Shown one piece after another: positions 24,901 through 36,900 of a stretch of 64,000 nucleotides of DNA. Numbering within the stretch: the stretch's first letter is position 1; every line of letters starts with the position of its first letter. This stretch comes from Phoronis australis. Taxonomy: Eukaryota > Animalia > Phoronida. The notes under the pieces are model-generated. The model made no database searches. It was not told the origin of the DNA and saw only the letters and a program-made list of their open reading frames with translations. The position numbers and the translations under genes were made by a program. The DNA is taken from the NCBI GenBank assembly GCA_002633005.1, contig NMRA01000466.1, positions 286,633 through 350,632 on the forward strand, in the 5' to 3' direction.

Positions 24901-27900
24901 CAAAAGTTTTGGTGATGTAAGACATTTCGAATTTTCCCGAGATTTTTCTGAACTTTTAAAGGCATTCTAATTAGAAAACAATGTATGTTAATTAACAGGT
25001 TTNTAGTTAATGGGAAGTTATTGCACTCAGTAGATAATTCGCTCTCATGTAATACGCGTTTGCAATAGGTTTTCAGAAACTCAAAAGTTTTGGTGATGTA
25101 AGACATTTCGAATTTTCCCTAGATTTTTCTGAATTTTTAAAGGCATTCTAATTAGAAAACAATGTATGTTAATTAACAGGTTTGAGCAGTATTGTGCCTT
25201 GGCTCTTTTTTCGTGTTTTGACATGGTGCATGAGGTTTAGATAACAGGTGCGTTGTACGTTTTTGCACCTTGTATGAGTGAAATACTTTGTTGTAATCTT
25301 GATTAAAGTCTGTGAAAATTTCAATATTCTTTCTGTTCTGTTCTGTTCTGTTTGTCTGCGGCGTGCTTTCTGACTCGTTTTCTACTGTAAATTATTGATA
25401 ATTTCAGATATCGACGAATGTTCCATCGACAGTACATGTTCTGCTAAGGCCGTATGTAGTAACAGTGACGGCAGTTTTACTTGTGCCTGTTTAAGTGGTT
25501 ACTCAGGAAACGGGACAAGTTGTGACGGTGAGAGTTCTTTTGGAAATGATAATATGAAATTGTGATGTTGTATGAGGCTTCGGTTTCGTAGTAAATTGAT
25601 TTTTTTTTGAAAACAAACCAGGCAAATTCTGAAAGACGTCAGCTACACACTGGCCAGCTTGCAGAAGCATGTTGTAAGTGTTAATTAGAGAATTTAAGTC
25701 ACATATAATACGTGTTTTGTCTAAATTTGTAGGTAGTTAATGGGAATTTATTGCACTCAGTAGAGTAGATAATTCAGTTTCATGTAATACGCGTTTGCAA
25801 TAGTTTTCGGAAATTCAAAAATTTTGATGTTGTTAGACATTTCGAGTTTTCCCGAGATTTTTCTGAACTTTAAAAGGCATTCTATTTAGAAAACGATGTA
25901 TGTCAATTAACAGGTTTGAGCAGTTTTGTGCCTTGACTCTTTTTTCGTGTTTTGACATGGTGCATGAGGTTTTGATAACAGTTGCGTTGAACGTTTTTAC
26001 ACCTTGTATGAGTGAAATACTTTGTTGTAATCTTTATGAAAGTCTTTGAAAATTTCAATATTCTTTCTGTTCTGTTCTGTTCTGTTCTGTTCTGTTTGTC
26101 TGCGGCGTGCTTTCTGACTCGTTTTCTACTGTAAATTATTGATAATTTCGGATATCGACGTATGTTCCATCGACAGTACATGTTCTGCTAACGCCGTATG
26201 TAGTAACAGTTACGGCAGTTTTACTTGTACCTGTTTAACTGGTTACTCAGGAAACGGGACAAGTTGTGACGGTGAGAGTTCTTTTGGAAATGATAAAATG
26301 AATTTGTGATGTTGTTTGAGGCTTAGGTTTCGTAGTGAAATGATGTTAATTTGAAAAGAAACAAGTTAGAGAAATTTGGAAAGACATCAGCTACACACTG
26401 GCCAGCTTGCAGAAGCATGTTGTAAGTGTTAATAAGAGAATTTAATTCGCATATAATACGTGTTTTGTCTAAATTTGTAGGTAGTTAATGGGAATTTATT
26501 GCACTCAGTAGATAATTCAGTTAACTACACCATCCACTAATGCTACAACTGGATCAACCACCACACGTGCACCAACTACAACACCTAGTCCTACGACTAC
26601 ACCATCCACTAATGCTACAACTGAATCAACCACCACCCGTGCACCAACAACAACACCTCTACCTACGACTACACCAACAGTGTCTGCGTCAACAACAAGC
26701 CAACCATCCACGACATCTGTACCATCTACAAGTCAGTCAACAGTGTCTACTTCAACCACAAGCCAGCCATCAACGACATCTGTACCATCTACACCTTCTT
26801 CATCGGTGCCAAGTTCAACAATTGTCACCTCTTCAACGAAGCATCCTACCACGACAATGCTGAGTAAGTGCAAGTGATTTGAGCAAAACAACATTTGATT
26901 TGTGTCTGGATGTCAATGTTACAGTAACTGTAACTTTTTATGACAACTTGGTCATGTTAATGAAAAAACTCGATCTTTTTTAATTGTTTTTCCAATAGGA
27001 GTTTCCTTGGGTGAGTCAGTGTGGCCTATTGGGATAGGTGTCCACTTCCTTTACTCAAGATGGTGGTTTCGAGTCCCCCCTGGGGCACACTGGAAGACCT
27101 TTGAGTCAAGTCTCTAGCTCCTCAGCTCGGTTTTAACTAATATATACTTATAAAGCATATCGTTCCACGTGATCACTTCAGTGGACCTACGGCTACGTAA
27201 GTGGTCTGTGCTTGCCTGGTTCCTGTACCAGACTGCCTACAATTGATATTTCATGCTTTTTGTTCAGTAGCGTCTAGTCATGTTACAATTGGCAAGGTAG
27301 AGCTGAGTTTTATGTTTTGACATGCACCTTCCAGTTTTTATCAATTTTTGAAAATGGAAAAATTGTAAATTTGCAATATGTGACTGATTAAAGGCCGCAG
27401 AGTCACAGGGGTAATTCTGGTAGATAGATAATGTTTTACTTGTTTTTCTACAGCTAATGCAACCACCCTATCGAGTACAGCGACACCAACTACTACAGTT
27501 GCTTATCAAAATCGTAAGTCCCAGTGTAAAATCTCAATTCCATTTTACAAAATTGTAAAATTCTAAATTGTTTGGTTACAAGGCATGGTATGTAATGCTC
27601 TGTGCTTGTTCTTCACTATTGAAAATATGCGTTTTAATTGTAACTCTGTTCTCATGACATTTATTTCACTCTGTCATTGCATCTCTGAAAAATGTCACTT
27701 ATTGCTGGTTCAGTTTGACTTGAGTTCATTAATCTGTTCATATTACCTCACACACCAGACTCATTTCCATGAGTTTGGAAGTGAAGTTAGGTTTTTTCTT
27801 TGATTGTATGTAGCGATTTCATGTTCAGTAATTTCGCTCGCTTGCTTTATTTGTTGCGTTTTATGGAAAGAATTCATGGATAACTGCAGCTGCTGCTGGT

Positions 27901-30900
27901 GAACCTGTGTGTTTCTTTCAGCTGTTTGTACGGATGAACTACTGGTACATCCTGACCTCATTAAAAATATCACGGGTGTTAACGCTGTTACCTCTGTGAC
28001 GGCGGAGTCCATTCAACCTGGAGTGGGACAGCCAGGATACACTCCAAATAATAACGGCGAAGGTAACGAACTCTTCATAGAGTTTGAAAAAGAAGTCATA
28101 GTGGGAGGGTTCAACATACATCAAAAGAAAATGACAAGATTCTTTATCATGTTTGGTGATCAATATGGTGAACAGCGTCCATATCAGGAAGATGGCGAGA
28201 CAAGGGTAAGGTTTAGTGCTTGGGATCATCTCTTATAAGTTGGCTTGTCAGAGCTAAGCCCAGTCATTACTTTGTGAGTATAGAACAAGTTCGAACCTGT
28301 CTTTGAAAGTTACAGCCTCCCGTTCAGTAATGCTAGGACCTCGCTAAAAAGCAAGACTTCGCGAGATTACGTGAGATATTACCGTGCATTTTAAATAAAA
28401 ACACTTGACTTTGACTACGTTTTAGCTAGGTCCTAGCGTAGGTCCTAGCGTCTACTGAACGCACGCCAGGTCTACATCATTAGCTAATCTTTTTGACATG
28501 TGGCTGTTTAATAGTGGCATTAATATATTTCAGTGGGCAGTCAAGGGTTACATACAATTTACACAACTATTCATTTTTACCTCCCAGTCCCTGATTTAAG
28601 TATTAGAAATAAAATTTGCTGGAAACCCGTTGCAGTGTCTTAAAGTTGTTTTTTCACTTACTTGTTTGAATGATTAAAATAACAAAAGTCTGTAGTAAAA
28701 AGTGTCATGTAATACTGAGCAGTGAACAATATAAACTGAATCATGCCAAAGTGGTGATTTCCAGTAATTAGTCACGAACACTGTATGTTAAAATCAGCTG
28801 AAACAACTCCTGGGTTACTCTTTTATGTGGCAATCGAGGAATTGAAAGGTACATGGTGCACTAACTGGTCTTATTGTTTACAGTAACTGGTCTGTTGTTT
28901 TTCAACAATATACATCGTCTTAAAGCACTTCATTTAGAGGGGGATCAACAAAAAGGGGGCGAGGGGTCGGGGCTTCAGGCTTCACACACACANGGTTTGT
29001 GCAGTTTTGTGCCTTGAATCTTTTTTCGTGTTTTGATATGGTGCATGAGGTTTTGATAACAGTTGCGTTTTACGTTTTTGCACCTTGTATGAGTGAAATA
29101 GTTTGTTGAAAACTTGATGAAAGTCTGTGAAAATTTCAATAATCTTTTTGTTCTGTTCTGTTCTGTTTGTCTGCGGCGTGCTTTCTGACTCGTTTTCTAC
29201 TGTAAATTAATGATAATTTCAGATATCGACGAATGTTCCATCGACAGTACATGTTCTGCTAACGCCATATGTAGTAACAGTGACGGCAGTTTTACTTGTG
29301 CCTGTTTAACTGGTTACTCAGGAAACGGGACAAGTTGTGACGGTGAGAGTTCTTTTGGAAATGATAAAATGGATTTGTGATGTTGTTTGTGGCTTAGGTT
29401 TCCTAGTGAAATGATGTTAATTTGAAAAGAAACGAGACAAATTTGGAAAGACGTCAGCTACACATGGTCAAATTGCAGAAGCACGTTGTAAGTGTTACTT
29501 AGAGATTTTAAGTCGCATATAATAAGTGTTCTGTCTAAATTTGTCGGTAGTTAGTGGGAAGTTATTGCACTCAGTAGATAATTCATTTTCATGTAATACG
29601 CGTTTGCAATAGGTTGTCGGAAATTCAAAAATTGTGATGCTGTAAGACGTTTCGAATTTTCCCGATATTTTTCTGAACTTTAAAAAGCATTCTAATTAGA
29701 AAACAATGTTTGTTAATTAACAGGTTTGTGCAGTTTTGTGCCTTGAATCTTTTTTCGTGTTTTGATATGGTGCATGAGGTTTTAATAACAGTTGCGTTGT
29801 ACGTTTTTAATGAGTCGGATCGTCGATGGTTGACAATTTGATATCATGTCGCGTGTAATATTGACGATGCCCCCTTATTTCGTACTTGCATCAAGAAATT
29901 CCATCTATTAAGTAACGTAGAAAATATATATCTGAAACTAAATAAGGCGATCCAGATCCTTCCAAGGATACTATTGTTTGAAGAAATGAAGAATATAAAT
30001 CGGTAAATAAAACAACAAGAGTGGATCAACTGAAATTAAGTGTAATTTCAAGATCATATGTCTTTGGCAATATGCGTGATACGTATGTGCATGTGTATAC
30101 ACCATACTCAGTACACTGTGCGTCAGAGTTTTCACTTCGCCATTCAGGTTACTACCATGAAAACTAAGACTTCGAAATCGCTAGCATTTTTTAAGTAAAT
30201 CAAGTTCAATGATTGTCAGAAATGGCTTATGAAAACTTTCATATCCAACACATTTAAACGTGTTGCCTTTTTGTGGTGCTAGCACTCACCATACTTGATT
30301 TCAGATATTACTGAGAGTGAGAGTGGCCCAAGACACGTGCTATTCCAACGCTACGTGTTTTAACACTGTCGGCGGCTTCAACTGTGCTTGTGAAGCAGGT
30401 TTCTTTGGAATCCGACTGTCTTGTGTCGGTACTGCTGTTGATTTGAAAACAAACTAGACAAATTTGGGAAGACGTCAGCTTGATGTAATTTGCGTGCCCC
30501 AAAAATTATCGCAATTTCGTGTGATGCAGTAACAGATTTCTTACTTTTTCGGGATTTTGCTAAAATTGAAAGTTAAAAAAACAATGGATGATAATCAACG
30601 GTTTTGTGCACTGAATCTTTTTCCGTGTTCTGATGTCGTGCAATTGATTTTGATAACTTCTTCCTTAACACATGTACGTGTAAGAAACTGTCAACTCGTC
30701 AATGGTTGTCAATCTGCTATCATAATCGCGTTTAGTATTTACGATACCCTCTTATTTCGTGCGGGCATACACAAAGTTTCTGCCATGAAGTTTGACGCTA
30801 AGATCACTGGTCGTGGGCAATATGCGTGATAACGTAAGAGAATGTGTACGCAAGCTACTCAGTATGCGTCATATTCCTAGCGTCGCCATCCAGGCTACTG

Positions 30901-33900
30901 CCATTAACACTTAGATATCAAAATCCCTACCATTTTTGAAGTTAACCAAATTACTTATACATATACATAAATGTCAAAAGCAATTTGGCAAAACTGTCAA
31001 ATCAGAATGAGTAGCACAGGTGATATTTTCGTGGGTTTAGCACGCGCCTTACTTTTGTGTCTTTAATAAAAGATTGACACGTGCGAAAGTTGCATGCAAA
31101 ATCTGGTAGTTAACTGACACTCACACACACCAGTTCCGATAATTTGTTGTGACATGTATGGAGCCTCGTGGATTGAAGAATCGGCGAAAAATAAAACTGG
31201 CCAATAGGTGACGCAATATTTCACAGTACCGAAAGCCGACACAAAAGATCGCTCCACAACTATAGTAGCAAAATAACCGTAGAACGTCAATTTTCTAAAA
31301 CCGGTATCTAATTTAATTAAGGCAAGGAAGAGTTTAATTTTCAGTGACACTAATTTTTGTCCTACTTTGTTTGGTCAATATTACCCACATCGGCGCAAAG
31401 CTGAATATATTGTATAAAGCTTTGCGCCAAGGCTATAGTGGTCCAAGCACTTTTTATCAATTGGATTTGAAGGAAAAAAAGCTAGCGTTGTTCCAACTGT
31501 ACATGAATTTATTGTGCTCTGGTAGCAAATCCTTCTGAAACTGACTCCAGAATTTAGAGTCTTGTCCTTGGCTGTTTTTGCAACGAAACATGATGTCGGC
31601 CACCCACTTCTTCGCTTCATATTTGGCAATTTTAAAGTTTTTTGTTGATGAGACAAGTGTCTCATTCAATGATTGCCAAGGAAATTTAAGTCAACGTACA
31701 AAGTGAACTGTAGGACCAAAAAGTTTCTCGCTACCCTCATTAAAGCGCCAACCGCGTTTCACTACCATATGGAGCCCATGCGCTAGCATAAGGTACTATT
31801 TGACCACCAGGACGTTCAGTAAATATTCCCGGCGATTAGGGGGTTGCTCCAAAAGATTGGCGAGCACGTTTCTACTTACAGTGTACGTCTTCACACGAAC
31901 GATGATCACCATACACCGAGGTGAGATCGTCCTGCTATCCCTATCTTCAAAAAAGTCACTCAATTTAAAGTACACTGGAGGAAATGTCAAATTTGTAGGT
32001 CTCGGTGCAAATGTCACAGGGAACTTGCCGTCTAAACGTATGTGAGATCAAAGATCAAAGATGCTTGCAAGTAAAGCATGGTCACATACTAAAGTATTTA
32101 TGGGGCGTGATACCATGCGAACTATTGGCCGAGCTTGCGTTTTCACGAGATTCTGTACATGCGCCATGTTGTGTGTTGGACTTTATGCTTCATTCTGTTT
32201 ATTTATGCCAAGCAAACTTTGAGGAGAGAGAAATGACGTCCGGTTGCAAGAAATTTGTGGTCAATTCTGATTGCTTGATTCTTTCTGGCAGGGTTTTACC
32301 ATTGATTGTATGTTCTGCGCCAAAGCATTATATGAAGCTATATGACGTAAGATAAATGCAAGTTGGCGCAAATTAGCAGTTTTCAGTGTTGTACAGAAAA
32401 CAATCGTGGATGTCCTTGGCCTTTGAGCTGCTATTGAATTTTGTATATTGCTTTTAGACATCAACGAGTGTTCTACTGGACCTGCTAAGTGTCATTCTAA
32501 TGCCACGTGTGCCAATACGAAGGGCAGTTATGTATGCACGTGCAACAGTGGTTACGGAGGTGACGGAAATGACTGCAAGGGTAATTATGCCATAGCAGTT
32601 TGGGAATTTTCGAAATATTAGATTATATTCAGCTTGAGTTGAGGCTATGTCCATCCGAACACCATCTTGAAAAACTTAGCAAGCGTTGCGCATACTAATG
32701 TCTTTGCACCTAAAGCACGCTCGATACAGTATTCGTCATTTTCCGTACGAAATATGCCGCCAAATCGGACCTTCGTCTTTTCTAACGTTATTTTAAGGAA
32801 GTGGAACTGTTTTTCAAAAGTATAAAACTATATGGGCAAATACATTGAAGGTTAAACTTCTTTCCTACTCTGTTACCATTCACTACTAATTTCACTGCGC
32901 GCCGCATTCAAACAATCAATCGGGGAATTCTCATTTTTTAGACAACTAAAGTTCCTTGCCACTTTTGTAAATATTCTGAGCAACACACATTTCAAACATT
33001 CGTATCAATACTACCTTGAAAGTCAGAACGACTGAACATTTTCTCAACAACCTGCATTCACTGCACCAAAACTCACCTGTCATCGAAGCGAAAGTCTGCA
33101 AGTTATTGTACGACGCACGGGCCATATTTTTGTAATATGTAAGCTCAGTTTTTGCAGCCTAAACATGTGGTATAATGGAGAGGTTTCACAAAGCGACCTG
33201 AGCATGAATTATTACACATTTATAATACCGCGTCATACATATCATTGTTGGCTGTATCGTAATTCCGATAGTGTTTGAGAACTTTATGCCAATACAGAGA
33301 GATTTGCGTCGCTTTAAACGCGAAACCTGTGGCTTTTTTTAATTCTTATTTCGTAAGACATCGATAGGTTCTCAATCATTTTTTCTGTGCTTCGGTATAA
33401 AATGAACACAATTCTTTTGTATGTAAATGGTAATTAAGTTTAGTTGCAGGAAAGCACTTTTTCCAAATCGTTATTCTGCCGGCGTTCGCTGAATATCATC
33501 GAACTACAATTTTTATGAGATATGATTTTGCGTTGTTAATTTTTTACCTGCTTAGTTTACATGCATCTATTTATCTTAAACTTCAAATCAATTTTGCATT
33601 CTAAGAGTTGACTATTTTTGCAGAAGTTTGTAGGAACGACTTTTTCATATTCAACACGTATTTCTATCTCAGTGGATATGTTCTACAATAACGGGACACT
33701 CTGAGCTCAGTTATGAAGTTCACATTTAGTTTCTCGTTCGCGTATGCGTCATGACTCACGTTCACGTCGCTTTTCGAAACCTCTCTATAGTCAAGAAACT
33801 GTCGCACGACTCCGAAATTTTGGAATGACTTTAAAATCTCCGTAGAAAGTTCCTGTTTCAAAAATGTTGAATGAAATTTGTGGGCTTATTATTCAACGAT

Positions 33901-36900
33901 TGGTAGATAAGACTGTCCAAATCGAATTAGACGATATAGAGCAAACGCAGAAAACAAATATTTAATGCAGGAAGGCAAGACAGTGTACTCCAACTTTAGA
34001 CTCAAACGTATAAACTTAAAAACGTTACTCTTAGGCCAAAGTAGTTCAAAAGGTTTCTTGTCTGCTGTGTAAAGTTTGAAAATGCTTTACCGACAATTTA
34101 AATGTAAACGAAGTAAAGAGAGTGAACCATGATAAAACACGGCAATACGCGTTTGAATGGAAAGCACCTTTAGTTGGGCACAGGTGTAACACCGAAGGTT
34201 TAGATAGGAAGTCATTTGAGTCACAGTGCAAAACACATACATGTAGGCAGTAACTTAACACAGATGCTGGAAGAGACTTGTTTGTAATTTAATGGATTTT
34301 TAGCCTGCTGCTCTTTTATTGACAATTTTTTTTCGATGACCATTTCTGTTTAGTTTTCTCCCTGTAGTTGTCGACATTGCTTAAATATCCTGGCATTTCA
34401 TTTCAGACATCGACGAGTGTGCCAACGCAACAGCATGTCATTCCAATGCCACTTGCTCAAATACCGAGGGAAGTTTTAAGTGTCGTTGTAACAGTGGTTA
34501 CCAAGGTGACGGGTTCGACTGTTATGGTATGCTACTTTAATGAAAGAATTTAACTAATATGTGTTTGGCTTATTCACCATTCAATCAAAAACACAGGGAG
34601 GAACTCAATAGGTAATTACTACGTCACTTCACCCTTTTGATATTGCGGTAACGCCTTCAGACTGCCGCACTTGGCCTGCACTGTGGTATCACTAGTTATG
34701 ATTAGCTTGTCATCTGCTATTCTAGTGTCTGGTCAGTGAGTTTGAAACCAGGTAAATTAAAAAGCTGTTTGATGCGTAGACATACCGTTCTTCACTTGTC
34801 CGACTCTGCTCAAACGTGACTATAGATCTCAAATACTAGGTGAGCCATACAATTCAGTCTTCTAACACATCAAACGATGACAAAATAAATCCAGAATTTC
34901 CTATTTGGAGGAATTGTGGCGTTCGCTGTGATGATCAGGTGGGACGGAGTCTTCTTTTCAAAAGATCCCCCACTCGCTTTTCCTCTCTATGGAAATTGTA
35001 TATTTAACCAGTTAGCAATTGACTTGTGATCTGTTTCTCCTCTCGCGATCACACAAACTTAATGCTGCACCACCTTTAGGCACTGAACGTGATGGGTAAA
35101 TGGTGCTGAGGGGTTAAAAGAGAGGGCGTCACTTCTACTCCCTCTGGAAGGACAATTGATTTTGCAAAATGAGTCCAACTATACAGTCCACTTCCTTTTT
35201 AAACGTCAGTGTCAACCGACTTTAAATTCTGAAATTAAAATCCCTCAAAATCCAAAATAGTGACCAAAAAGGATGTAATATAATCAAATTTTGCATTCTT
35301 AGATTGTTCAAGGGGAATTTGAAATCGCAGAAGATTCCTGATGGCGTCGTTTTTAAGGGCCAACAAACAACAAACCAGATTCAACAAGCTTTCATCCAAT
35401 ACAATCTCCAAAACTTCGGGCATAGCCGATTCGCTCCTGCCCATTAAAATCTTATGACAACACAGTTGACAGTTGTTGTATGCCAAGTTTGGATATACGA
35501 AAATAGTTCTAAATGAAAACAGGATGATGGATGATGTCATACAATATTAGGTTGCAGTGAGGTAACATGAACAATGTGGTGATTTCAATAAATACAGTAT
35601 TGCAAACAACACGATAATCTCGGATTACCTACATAACCTGTTGTTGCTATATTACATGCAATGCATTTTAAACACCGGCGTTTTATCAACTACCTGGACT
35701 AGTAGCACTCGTGAAGTCAGTTCCAACATAAATGGTGTGACCAGTACCCTGACACGCGCACTGAATTCATACATTACAAAATAGATTGATCGGTTAGTCG
35801 TGGTTCATAACTTTCACTCACGCCAGCACAATGATATGTAGATAGTTCAAAAAGCTATGAAAAACAAGTTCTTACTGCCACGTTGGTGTTCTATCCAAAA
35901 ATATTCACGTGGTAGATACATACTACGTTCTGACGTCGAAAAGTCAAAACTTAATTGCTACCAACCGCTATGTTTACTGTTTTCTCATGGTGACCTGTTA
36001 TGGGGTGGGATGCCTACTAGGACTTGCCTGCATTTTGTGTTTTCCCGTGTTTCTAAAGGATGGTAAGGACTGCGTTTCATTTTATCTAGAATATCACAAA
36101 AGTGTCATTTAATGAATGTTTTGATATTTTTTTTGGCTGTGGCCGTGGCATACTCTTGGGCAGAAACCGTAATGCTAGTAGAACAGTTTCCATTTTCCCT
36201 CAAATTAGAGATAGGCGTAAGCCATTTTACGATTACTGGTGCCGTTATTGCGATTATTTCGTCCCTTTTAGGAGAGGCAGATTGGACCTTTAAAGTTGTT
36301 TCGTATTATGTTTCTGGTATGCTCTGTTCTTTTACTTACCGAAGTACAAACTAATTCTTAGCACAGTCTACCAATGCGTTTTTATAGATATCTTCGAATG
36401 CAGTAACCAAGAGGTCACGTGCTCTGTAAACGCCAACTGCACTGATACCAAAAACGAAGGCCGTTTTTTCTGTGTTTGCAATCAAGGATACGCTGGTGAC
36501 GGGCTCAGTTGTTCCGGTAAGAAAATATTAATTTTAGCAGGCCTTATTGGAAGACCGGTGCAAACAATGCGAATTTCAGTGGACGGCTTTACGATTTTTG
36601 TTTTAGAAAAATCACTTTTTGACAGAACCAGGGCAATAAATCCAACTTTTTGTCGGTCTTAAGAAACGTTCAAAACCTTTCAAATTAGTAGGCTAAGGAG
36701 TTTTAGCGATATCTGAGCCGAACAACAGACATCATGTAGCTGCGAAATCAGTATGCTCAGTGTACAGTAGGTACTTTTGCCTGCTTTTCCGTGATTTTCA
36801 ATAGCTTGGAGTACAATTTAATGTAGTTGGTAGAAATAAAAGTAATTGCCCATTTTCTAGAAGTTCTCTCACAATTCATAAGATAGCGTTCAAATTATTA

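Larger units (their letters stand above)
5400..31060 (+). repeat. Higher-order tandem exon-intron array (A-B-Cn) x3 plus a decayed fourth unit; C monomer ~735 bp
   Basis: Near-identical introns and exons recur; C starts 17486/18221/18955/19695 (spacing 734-740); A copies at 15643 and 22646 are 7003 bp apart. Confidence 0.92.

Noticed and set aside
7439-26181. Recurrent minus-strand ORFs [20 protein letters not shown]... as a small-protein family
   Set aside because: They are the antisense of the C exon/acceptor region; lengths and frames vary with intron indels
13150-26520. Regularly spaced repeats as a CRISPR-like array
   Set aside because: Eukaryotic exon-intron duplications; the intervening sequences are themselves repeated, and no cas genes are present
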